From NCBI GenBank assembly GCA_964247615.1, contig CAXTVC010000001.1, forward strand, positions 21,827-85,826: 64,000 nt of DNA. The letters are read 5' to 3'. The first letter of the stretch is position 1. Each line of letters opens with the position of its first letter. Below, piece after piece: positions 12,220-20,902 of the stretch. The DNA comes from an uncultured Acidobacteriaceae bacterium. Lineage in GTDB: Bacteria; Acidobacteriota; Terriglobia; Terriglobales; Acidobacteriaceae. Under the pieces are notes generated by a model. It was not told the DNA's origin, ran no database searches, and saw nothing but the letters and a program-made list of their open reading frames with translations. The translations under genes and the position numbers were made by a program.

Positions 12220-12732
12220 CTACCACGTGCTGTACTTCGTGCCATCGAGTGCCGTCCCGGTGCTCTTGGAGTGCACGTCGAAGACGTTCTGGCCGCCAAA
12301 GCTATCCGAATCGGTCTCGTCCTGGTTGGAGCGCAGGCCCCAGTCACTGGACTTCGTCATGGGATCCTGCGGGATAGCACGTAGAAATCGCACATGCTTC
12401 TCCTGGATCTCCACGCCGTTCACCAGCGTCTCCAGGTCCGGCGGGTAGCCATTCGAATCCGGCTTCACCTGGATGCCACCTAGATCCGCAGCGTCCTTAT
12501 AGGCATCGATGGAGCGGCGCATATCCCACAGATCAGCGCGCAGCTCCCTTTCCTTGCGGCGCTTTACCTCGAAGCGGGCAATCGGCACGGCGGCCATCGC
12601 CAGGATGCTCAGAATGGTGACCACGACGATGAGCTCGATCAATGTGACACCGGCATCACCGGACCAACCCTCGGGCCGCCGCGGGCCAAAGCCGCCTGTG
12701 CACTGTCGCCGGACTCGCCTCACGCTGAACAT
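12220..12732 (-). CDS. Type II secretion pseudopilin (GspG-like)
   Basis: G/VTLIELIVV prepilin motif; YPPDLETLV, IPQDPM. Confidence 0.9.
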   Translation of the reverse strand: MFSVRRVRRQCTGGFGPRRPEGWSGDAGVTLIELIVVVTILSILAMAAVPIARFEVKRRKERELRADLWDMRRSIDAYKDAADLGGIQVKPDSNGYPPDLETLVNGVEIQEKHVRFLRAIPQDPMTKSSDWGLRSNQDETDSDSFGGQNVFDVHSKSTGTALDGTKYSTW

Positions 12733-12740
12733 TGCATCCC

Positions 12741-15245
12741 CTACTTCACATGCACGACGCCCTGCGTGCCGATAGCGGGCAGAGTCGTTCCCTTGCTGTC
12801 CTTGGCGCCAATCTTGATCAGCGACAGGGGTGAATCTCCAGCCGCGTTGGCCTTGAAGGTTAACGTGCAGACCACCCCTCCACCATTCACGCCCTGCGTC
12901 TGGGGCGGCCGTGAAGCCGAGATGGTCACCGTGCCGTTGCCTTCGTCGCGATGAACAAGCGCCACCGCCTGGCCATCACGTCCCAACAGATCGCCTGAGT
13001 CAACGTTCACCAGCGTGAGCACGCGCGGATCGAAACGCATCTGCATGGGCACTTCAAACAGATCGTGAGCGTTTGCGGCGACCACGGAGACCTGGAAGGT
13101 GGACCCGACCGCAGGTGCAGAAGATGATGGTGCCACGCTGAGGCTCACGGGAACCTGGTTCGCGGCGGCAGCCATGTTCACGATGGGCGCTGCAGGAGCG
13201 GTCGCTGCCGGCGGTGTCGGCGGTTTGTCCGCGCTCCCAATCACGCCCAGCATGGAATTGGCCGCGTTCGCCGCCGAGGTCGTCGTACCCACCGGACGCT
13301 CCACCGCTCCAGCAACGGCACTCTGACCAGCGGGGGTCGTCCGCCGAATCAGCTCCACCGAATTGCTTGTGCCGGTATAGATCGGCCGCGTGTTGTCGGC
13401 GGTGACCAGCGACTCACGCACGATGTGCGGGATGATCAGGAAGACGATCTCGTCGGAGGTTTGCTCCTTTGACTGGCTGGAAAAGAAGTACTTCAGCAGC
13501 GGTATTTCACCCAGCCCGGGCGTTCCGCTTACCGAGCGGGTGTCCTGCTTCTGCAGCAGTCCGGCAAGGATCGAAGGCTCCCCATCCTTGAGCTGAATGA
13601 CCTGCTCCGCGATGCGCTGCGAGATGATCGGCTCAGTCACACCGGAGATGGTTACATTGCCGTTTGTGCTGGAGATCTCGACCTTCATCTTCAGCGAGAC
13701 CTCACGGTCAAAGTGGACCGTGGGCGTCATGTCGATGTTTACGCCGACGTCGATGTAGGTGAACTGCGTCTGCACCCCGAGGGACGCCGTGGTCGACAGC
13801 GTGGAACTGTAGGAGCCGGTAGCGACCGGAATCTTGGAGCCGATTTTCAGCGTGGCGCGCTGGCCATCCGAGGCCCGGATGCGCGGGTTCTGCAGAATGC
13901 GCGTGTCGTTGTCGGTGAGCAGTGCATTCACCGTTCCACCCGTCACCGTGACTGCGAAGTTTGTCGCATTCAAGTTGCCTAGAGTGTTGAGTGTGAGATT
14001 CGTGCTGGAAGTGGTTGTCCCGCTCGTTCCGCTGCTTGTTGTCGTTCCGGAGGTCGTCGAACTGGACGTAGAACTAGAGTTGGAGGTCTGCGGTGTTAAT
14101 CCAAAGCTCTGCGGCAACGTGATCCCAAGATTACGTAGCTTGTCACGGCTCACTTCGAGCACCGCCACATCCACAATCACCTCGGAGCGTGTACGGTCGA
14201 GGTCGTTGATGAGCTTTTCCGCAAGAACCAGCTGATCCGGGGTCGCGCGCAGCACGATGGCATTCTGGCTGTTGACCAGGTAGAGCTTCACGCTGGGGTC
14301 CAGCAGATTCCGCAGGGCCACCAGGATCTCGTTAGCGTCGTTCTGCTGCGAGACGTTGGTCAGGTAGAACGTTTGCACGGCCAGATCATCGAGGTCGGTG
14401 CGCTTGTTGCGCGAGTTCTGTGCCACAAAGACGGTGTTCGGCGTGACCGGCTTCCAAAAGGTTCCGCTCAGGGTCTCGACGATGCGGAGCGCGTCGAACA
14501 GCGGCACGCTCGTGAGATCAACCTGCACACGCTTTGAGGTGTACTCGGGATCAAAGATCACATTGATCCCGGCGAGCTTCCCGATTGCCTGGTAGATGTT
14601 CTTGGAGTCCTCTACCATGTGCAGCGTGATGGGGTCGTTCGAGACCGGCTGCAGCTGGACGGGCGCCGAAAGCGAGGAGATCTCGTCCTGCACATTGCGC
14701 TGCCGGGGACTTTGGGTATCGACGCCGGGAATCAGGGTCTGCCCTGGGCGCACGCTGCCTTGAATTGCCCCGACAGTGCCGGGGGTAATGGGCGTCGCCG
14801 GCGGGCGCTCGGTGATCTGCATCTCCTGTGCCGCCGCTTCGTTGCCCGGATCAATCTGCAGGGCGCGAGCAAACTCATTAATCGCGCCGGTCACGTCCCC
14901 GGACTGGCGCAACACGCGGCCGCGGTCCACATGCAGGTTGGCCGCGGTATACCTGACGCGCTCATAGCGCTCCCGGAATCGGAGATCTTTCGGATTCTTG
15001 AGATGAGCCTGGCGGTACGCCTCAAAAGCTGCGTCGTAGTCCTCGCGGACCTCCGCTTGCTGTCCGCGCTTGTTCCACGTATTCGCAGACTGTGCGTAGG
15101 CGGCTGTGTGCACCAAGCCGAAGCCCAGCAACAAAGCCGAAACGGCGCGCGTGCCTGTCTTCCATCCCGGCCCGAGGCCGTACCCAAACGTTCTGCCCTG
15201 CGTCATTTCCTCGACCCGCTCCCGTTGGCTCTGAACGCTCCGCAT
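12741..15245 (-). CDS. Secretin (GspD-like) with N-terminal TPRs and C-terminal cohesin-like domain
   Basis: Signal peptide ending AYA; TPRs; secretin motifs ILQNPRI, LKDGE, PGLGEIPLLKYFF; C-terminal beta sandwich. Start uncertain (15206, 15245 or 15347). Confidence 0.88.
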   Translation of the reverse strand: MRSVQSQRERVEEMTQGRTFGYGLGPGWKTGTRAVSALLLGFGLVHTAAYAQSANTWNKRGQQAEVREDYDAAFEAYRQAHLKNPKDLRFRERYERVRYTAANLHVDRGRVLRQSGDVTGAINEFARALQIDPGNEAAAQEMQITERPPATPITPGTVGAIQGSVRPGQTLIPGVDTQSPRQRNVQDEISSLSAPVQLQPVSNDPITLHMVEDSKNIYQAIGKLAGINVIFDPEYTSKRVQVDLTSVPLFDALRIVETLSGTFWKPVTPNTVFVAQNSRNKRTDLDDLAVQTFYLTNVSQQNDANEILVALRNLLDPSVKLYLVNSQNAIVLRATPDQLVLAEKLINDLDRTRSEVIVDVAVLEVSRDKLRNLGITLPQSFGLTPQTSNSSSTSSSTTSGTTTSSGTSGTTTSSTNLTLNTLGNLNATNFAVTVTGGTVNALLTDNDTRILQNPRIRASDGQRATLKIGSKIPVATGSYSSTLSTTASLGVQTQFTYIDVGVNIDMTPTVHFDREVSLKMKVEISSTNGNVTISGVTEPIISQRIAEQVIQLKDGEPSILAGLLQKQDTRSVSGTPGLGEIPLLKYFFSSQSKEQTSDEIVFLIIPHIVRESLVTADNTRPIYTGTSNSVELIRRTTPAGQSAVAGAVERPVGTTTSAANAANSMLGVIGSADKPPTPPAATAPAAPIVNMAAAANQVPVSLSVAPSSSAPAVGSTFQVSVVAANAHDLFEVPMQMRFDPRVLTLVNVDSGDLLGRDGQAVALVHRDEGNGTVTISASRPPQTQGVNGGGVVCTLTFKANAAGDSPLSLIKIGAKDSKGTTLPAIGTQGVVHVK

Positions 15246-15439
15246 ATCCAAGCTCCGCAGGCTCGCCGTGCCACGCTCCTCGCGGCGCACGAAAGGGCTT
15301 TGCTGTGCGGACTCCAGCGACAGGTCAGGATACGGAGATAGTACCATTTGTAAAAGTGGCCTTTACGTTCTTTGCGGTGGGCTCCTCGGGTCCGGACCCG
15401 GTTGCAGGCGAGACGGAGAGAGCCGTTTGATCTGTTGTC

Positions 15440-15467
15440 TTGGACGAGCGGGAAGGCCGGTCGTTTC
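15440..15467 (-). promoter_or_regulatory. Candidate ECF sigma promoter for secretin operon
   Basis: Minus strand GAAACG-N15-CGTCCAA, same spacing as 11706-11733. Confidence 0.5.
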
Positions 15468-15587
15468 CCTCCGTCCTACAACTTCCGGTGCAGCCAAGGG
15501 ACTCCGGCCCGCATCCATACCCGCGACCTTAAAAGCGGCCCCACTGTCACAAGTTCCAGCAGTCCCAGAAGTTCAGGATCAACCGAA

Positions 15588-16130
15588 ATGCCGCGCTCCC
15601 TTTCCAATCCGACCGTACCAACGACCCAAAAGGCCAGTCCAGTTAAGGCAAAGGACCGTGATCCCATCGCGACTGGCTCGCGGGACGCGGCGTTCAATCG
15701 CTCCGCCAGCTTCAACTACTTCCTGGAAGATCGTTTTGAGGCAGGTATCTCGCTGCGGGGCACCGAGGTAAAGTCCATCCGTGAAGGCAAGGCGAACCTG
15801 AAGGACGCTTACGGCCTTTTAAAGGATGGCGAGGCCTTTCTGCTGAACGCGCACATCGGCCCGTTCACCCATGGCAACGCCATGAATCACGAGTCTCTCC
15901 GAACGCGGAAGCTTCTGCTGCATAAGCGCGAGATCGAGAAGCTCTTCGCCGCCACCAAGGGCAAGGGCTATACCGTTATCCCCGTCCGCTTCTATTTCAA
16001 AAACGGCAAAGTGAAGTGCGAGATCGCGCTCGCCAAGGGCAAACAGGACTGGGACAAGCGTGAGACAGAGCGCAAGAAAGAGACCGACCGCGAAACGAAG
16101 GCGGCCATTGCGCGATCCCAGAGGCGTTGA
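15588..16130 (+). CDS. smpB: SsrA-binding protein
   Basis: EAGISLRGTEVKSIR, RKLLLHKREI, LAKGK...DKR. Confidence 0.97.
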   Translation: MPRSLSNPTVPTTQKASPVKAKDRDPIATGSRDAAFNRSASFNYFLEDRFEAGISLRGTEVKSIREGKANLKDAYGLLKDGEAFLLNAHIGPFTHGNAMNHESLRTRKLLLHKREIEKLFAATKGKGYTVIPVRFYFKNGKVKCEIALAKGKQDWDKRETERKKETDRETKAAIARSQRR

Positions 16131-16171
16131 ATGCTGTAACCAGAGCGGCTGTTTCATCTAACATTGGATCT

Positions 16172-17716
16172 GTGAACGCAAAGCTGCTCTTCCTGGATCC
16201 CGCCACCTTCGCCACTCCCCTGCTTGCCGTCTTTGCCGTGGACATTTCCAGCGGAAAGGATGCGCCGACTTCGCCGGCGCTACTGACCACCTCGGACGCC
16301 ATCGGACGGATCGCCGCGCCGTGGCTTACCTCCGGCGAGTTCAAGGCGGGTGCCGGGGAGACGCTGCTGCTGCACGCGCCGGCCGGCCTGAAGGCGGAAC
16401 GGTTGTTGATCGTGGGGCTGGGCAAGGTCGCGTCCCTGAATGCCCATGAGGTGCGCAAGGGGGCTGGCGTTGCCATCCGCTCCTGCAAACCCCGCAGCCT
16501 GCATGAGCTCGCCTTCAGCTTCCCGGAAGACCACGCGCTCGCCGATGAGCACCTGGACTCACTGCCCTGCGAGCTGACCGCGCGGGCGCTGCTCGAGGGC
16601 GCGCTAATCGCAGACTTCGACATCGACACCTACCGTTCTGATCGCAAAGATCAAAGCATCCACGATTTAACTCTGCTGATTCAGGAGACAGACGGCAAGG
16701 CTCGCTCTGACGCGCAGTCAGGCTTCGATCAGGGTGTAATCCTCGGCGAAAGCCAGAACTTCGCCCGCTCCTTGATAAACGAGCCCGGCAACGTCTTGAC
16801 GCCTACCGAGCTGGGCCGCCGCGCGCAGGCCATGGCCAGCGAGGTTGGTCTGCAGTCCGAAGTTCACTCGACAGAAAAGCTCAAGGAGCTCGGCATGGGC
16901 GCCTTTCTCGCCGTAGCCCAGGGTTCAGTCGAGCCACCCGCATTGATCGTGCTTCGCTATGAGCCGTCTACGCCTCCGCCAGAGGGCGCGCCCGTCATGG
17001 GACTTGTCGGCAAAGGAATAACCTTCGATACCGGCGGCATCTCCATTAAACCCGCCGAAAACATGGACAAGATGAAGTACGACATGGCCGGTGCCGCCGC
17101 CATGCTCGGGGCCATGCGTGCCATCGCGCTGCTGAAGCCGGCTGTGCGTGTCATTTGCGTGTGCTGCTCGGCGGAGAACATGCCCGATGCACGAGCCTAC
17201 AAGCCGGGAGATGTGCTCACCGCCATGTCCGGCAAGACCATCGAAATCCTCAACACGGATGCCGAGGGCCGGCTCGTGCTGGCAGACGGCCTGCACTATG
17301 CGAAGCAGCTCGGCGCAACACGTCTCATCAATGCAGCGACCCTGACAGGGGCCATCGGTGTGGCCCTGGGACAGCTGAACGTCGGCCTGTTTTCCAACGA
17401 CGACGCAACCGCGGAACGGCTCCTGTCCGTGCTTCCGACCAGCGGCGAGAAGCTGTGGCGCCTGCCCTGCACCGATGACTATCGCGACCAGATCAAGAGT
17501 TCCATCGCCGACATCCAGAACACCGGCAATTCGCGCTATGGCGGCTCCATTACGGCGGCCATGTTCCTCAAGGAGTTTGTGGAGGACACCCCGTGGATCC
17601 ACCTGGACATCGCCAGCACAGCCTGGATTGACACTGACAAGCCATGGCAGTCGAAGGGACCCAGCGGCATCGCCGTCCGCTCCATAACGGAGTGGGTGCG
17701 CAGCTACGGCAGCTAA
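16172..17716 (+). CDS. pepA: Leucyl aminopeptidase (M17)
   Basis: VGKGITFDTGG, MKYDM, NTDAEGRL, ATLTGA, HLDIA. Confidence 0.95.
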   Translation: MNAKLLFLDPATFATPLLAVFAVDISSGKDAPTSPALLTTSDAIGRIAAPWLTSGEFKAGAGETLLLHAPAGLKAERLLIVGLGKVASLNAHEVRKGAGVAIRSCKPRSLHELAFSFPEDHALADEHLDSLPCELTARALLEGALIADFDIDTYRSDRKDQSIHDLTLLIQETDGKARSDAQSGFDQGVILGESQNFARSLINEPGNVLTPTELGRRAQAMASEVGLQSEVHSTEKLKELGMGAFLAVAQGSVEPPALIVLRYEPSTPPPEGAPVMGLVGKGITFDTGGISIKPAENMDKMKYDMAGAAAMLGAMRAIALLKPAVRVICVCCSAENMPDARAYKPGDVLTAMSGKTIEILNTDAEGRLVLADGLHYAKQLGATRLINAATLTGAIGVALGQLNVGLFSNDDATAERLLSVLPTSGEKLWRLPCTDDYRDQIKSSIADIQNTGNSRYGGSITAAMFLKEFVEDTPWIHLDIASTAWIDTDKPWQSKGPSGIAVRSITEWVRSYGS

Positions 17717-17744
17717 GCCTCCGTTGGCCGTTGTAGCTGCTGCG

Positions 17745-19742
17745 CTACATGACGGGGGGAACAGTGATGCCAAGCCATCCCAGCACCCTCACCATCTCCC
17801 GCCGTGCCACAGCGGCCGTGGCCAGCAGCAGGGCTCGCCGGGTCGCGTCGGTCTCCTTCAGGATGTTGTGGCGGTGATAGAAGTTGTTGAAGCTCTGCGC
17901 CAGTTGGAAAGCGTAGCGGGCCAAGATCGCCGGCTCCGCCCCAGCGATGCCCTGCTCTAGAACCAGGGTGAGCCGCGAGGCGGTCAGCCATAGCTCCCAG
18001 ATGTCGGTTTCGGTGGCGAGCAGAGCGGAGACGCCAGGATCGACCATGGCCTGCAGCGCATCAGCCTCAGTGACACCGGCCTTGCGGAAGATATTGGCGG
18101 CACGTACGGCGGCGTACTGCACATACGGCCCGGTTTCGCCCTCAAAGCTGAGGGCATCATGGAAGTCGAACGCGATGACCGTATTGCGTGTGAAACGCAG
18201 CATGAAGAAGCGCAGCGCACCTATCCCAATGGCGTTCGCGATCTCCGCACGTTCGGCTTCGCTCAGCTCAGGGTGCCGCCCATCGACCTCGGCGCGCGCC
18301 GCGGCGATCATACGATCGATCAGATCGTCCGCCTTCACGCCAAAGCCTTTGCGTCCGGAGACCTCGATATAAGGACGACCCTTGTCCTCGTCCTTCAGCG
18401 TGTAGCCGAGATCCTGGGCACAGCGCGGCGTCAACGCCACCATGGCATAGTTCAGGTGCGTGTACTGCTCGCTCTCACTCACAAAGCCAAGGGCGCGCAG
18501 CGCTTCCTTCACCTGCGTCTGCGGATCGTCCTGGCGCGAATCGATGACGTTATAGATCGCGCTGGCGTGACCGAAGCTGGGATGCGGCTCCTCGCCTTCC
18601 ACCGTGGAGATCCAGCAGGTGTGAGTCGGGTACTCATGGAAACGCGCATAGCCGAAGTCCAGCCCTAGAAGACCAAACTTCCAGAGATGGTAGGCAATGT
18701 CTTTGCCCACATAGGTCACCGTGCCATTGGAGCGCACGATGATCTTGGCATCCTCATCCACCTCGCCTTCGGCAAGCGTCGGCGCCCCGGCCCGGCGCAT
18801 CACCCAGCAACCGGCATTCTTGCCCAGCGTCTCCAGGTAGAGCACGCCGCGGTCGACCATGAGCTTGCGAGCAGCTTCCCAGAAGTGAAGGTGCAGAATC
18901 TCACTCTCGCGCGGCAAAAAGTCGTACTCGATCCCCAGCCGCTCCATCGTGACCAGGTGCGTCCGCAGGACGGAAGTCGCGATCAGATCGGCAATCGTCG
19001 CGTTGTCATTGCCGCCGGCTTCAATGGCATGCAGCATGTCCAGGCGCAGCTTCTTGCGAGCCGGCGCATGTTGGGGATCTGCCTCGTACCATTGCGACAC
19101 CCGCGCATACATGTCCCAGCAGAGATAGTCGAGTCGCTCGTTGCTCTCCAGCGTCTCCGTCAGCCACTGCCGCACATCCGCGAGGGACATGCCCTCGAGC
19201 TCGGTCACAGCAACGACGATGTCCGCGACCTGCACCCCGGTGTTGTCGATATAGTTCTGCACACCGAGCTCGTAACCCTGCTTCCAGCGGGCGTCCGCAC
19301 CGGTCCCGCGCCGCAGCATGCGCCCGAAGCTGTCGCCCAGGATGGCATTGCGCAGATGCCCCACGTGCGCGGCCTTATTTGGGTTGATGCTTGTGTGCTC
19401 CAGCAGTCGGAAGCCCGGGCCACCGACCACCGCGTGCTCGTCTGCCGCGATGCTGCGCGCAACCGCGGCTCGGTCCAGCTTGACGTTCAGGTAGCCTGCT
19501 CCGGCAATCTCCACATGGGCTACGCCGGGCATCTCCGCGATGGCGGCCTGCAGCTCCTGGGCGATAGCGCGGGGAGCTTTCTTCAGAGGCCGCGCCAGCT
19601 GCAGCGCCACCGTCAGCGCCATCTCACCGAACTCGATCTTAGGCGGCAGCTCGACGGCGAAGCCGGGCAGCTCGATACCGTAACGATCCTTCACCAGCTC
19701 CGCGACGCGCTCTTGCAACGTCTCCTGCAGAATGCGGTACAT
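17745..19742 (-). CDS. argS: Arginine--tRNA ligase
   Basis: SINPNKAAHVGHLRN (HIGH), SGRKG, GETGPYVQYA, terminal Met. Confidence 0.96.
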   Translation of the reverse strand: MYRILQETLQERVAELVKDRYGIELPGFAVELPPKIEFGEMALTVALQLARPLKKAPRAIAQELQAAIAEMPGVAHVEIAGAGYLNVKLDRAAVARSIAADEHAVVGGPGFRLLEHTSINPNKAAHVGHLRNAILGDSFGRMLRRGTGADARWKQGYELGVQNYIDNTGVQVADIVVAVTELEGMSLADVRQWLTETLESNERLDYLCWDMYARVSQWYEADPQHAPARKKLRLDMLHAIEAGGNDNATIADLIATSVLRTHLVTMERLGIEYDFLPRESEILHLHFWEAARKLMVDRGVLYLETLGKNAGCWVMRRAGAPTLAEGEVDEDAKIIVRSNGTVTYVGKDIAYHLWKFGLLGLDFGYARFHEYPTHTCWISTVEGEEPHPSFGHASAIYNVIDSRQDDPQTQVKEALRALGFVSESEQYTHLNYAMVALTPRCAQDLGYTLKDEDKGRPYIEVSGRKGFGVKADDLIDRMIAAARAEVDGRHPELSEAERAEIANAIGIGALRFFMLRFTRNTVIAFDFHDALSFEGETGPYVQYAAVRAANIFRKAGVTEADALQAMVDPGVSALLATETDIWELWLTASRLTLVLEQGIAGAEPAILARYAFQLAQSFNNFYHRHNILKETDATRRALLLATAAVARREMVRVLGWLGITVPPVM

Positions 19743-19768
19743 TTCGTGTCCTTTTCGTGTGGAACCGC

Positions 19769-20797
19769 TTACGGCAACTGTGCCGGCAACGTCCCCAGCT
19801 CTTCAGCCAGTGGCTTGCGCCGCGACCGGTGTAACCGGTGCGCCAGGAACCAGACACCACCTACCCCGGTGAGAACTACCAGCAGCCAGCCGTGGATCAG
19901 CAGCCCGAAGATGGTCGCCGCGATGTCCGTCACGCCATGGCGCATCAGCGCGTCCTTACAGGCAAACTCGAAGGGCCCAATACCGCCAGGAGAACTGGGA
20001 ATCAGGAACGACAAGTTCGCCTGTGACACCGCCTGCCAAGGTCCCGCCCAGTCCGTTTGCAAGCCCACCAGCCTCACAGCGGACACATACAGCAGCCCCT
20101 CAAAGGCCCAGGCCGCGAAGCTGACCACTACCAGCAGCAGCGATCCGGCAACACCGATCTGCCGTATGCACTCCAGGGCCAGCACCAGCCAGTGCTCCAG
20201 CTTGCGCAGCGTCGCATTCGTTGCCCCGGCAAAGGCTTTTTGGATGACCGGTTCGAGCGTCTTGGCCCCGAACACCATCACCAACAGACCAGCCGTGGAG
20301 AAGAATAGGCCCAGCTCTGCCGCGGTACGCAGATGCGGCGAGACCACGCGGCCGGTATGCATCGTCACCACGAACAACACCGCGAGCGAGAACACATCCA
20401 GCAGCTTTTCCAGGATCACCGTGCTGAGCACCACTGAGGGCGTGGCTCCCAGGTCCTCCGCATAGGTGAAGACACGCATCACGTCGCCGATGCGGAACGG
20501 CAGGATGTTGTTAGCGGCCAGCGAGGTCAGCAACACGCGCGCGCAGTCACCCAGTCGTGAGCCGTAGCTGCGCAGCATCAGCCACCAGCGATAACAGCGT
20601 GTGCCGTAGCCTAGAACGCTGAACAGGACGACACCAAGAATCCAGAGGGGTGCAGCAAGGCGCACATTGCGAAATTCAGAGAAGTGGAAGCCTCGAAAGG
20701 TCCACCATAGAAAAAAGGCACTGATTGCAAAACCCGGAAGGGTCTTCAGCAGCTTCAGCCGGCCCTCGTTTTTCCCTTCGGTAACAACCTGATCCAT
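19769..20797 (-). CDS. Lysylphosphatidylglycerol synthase TM-domain (UPF0104) membrane protein
   Basis: About 8 hydrophobic helices; RW, NNILPFRIGD, SPGGIG motifs. Confidence 0.85.
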   Translation of the reverse strand: MDQVVTEGKNEGRLKLLKTLPGFAISAFFLWWTFRGFHFSEFRNVRLAAPLWILGVVLFSVLGYGTRCYRWWLMLRSYGSRLGDCARVLLTSLAANNILPFRIGDVMRVFTYAEDLGATPSVVLSTVILEKLLDVFSLAVLFVVTMHTGRVVSPHLRTAAELGLFFSTAGLLVMVFGAKTLEPVIQKAFAGATNATLRKLEHWLVLALECIRQIGVAGSLLLVVVSFAAWAFEGLLYVSAVRLVGLQTDWAGPWQAVSQANLSFLIPSSPGGIGPFEFACKDALMRHGVTDIAATIFGLLIHGWLLVVLTGVGGVWFLAHRLHRSRRKPLAEELGTLPAQLP

Positions 20798-20902
20798 GCG
20801 CTCGCCAGACGCCACCGCAGTTGCACTACACACAAGCTGTCGCGTGGAAACGTCTTCCAATTGTAGCGTCTCAGTGACGCGAGTTGACCGGGTACCTGCG
20901 CC

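Noticed and set aside
15588-16171. tmRNA next to smpB
   Set aside because: No tRNA-like ends; pepA follows directly.
16172-19742. pepA and argS as part of the ArgR regulon
   Set aside because: No ARG box visible; genes are convergent and separated from the operon.
20847-20873. Further ECF-like matches (also 16136-16161, 37621-37650)
   Set aside because: Spacing differs from the two good copies; this one points antisense.
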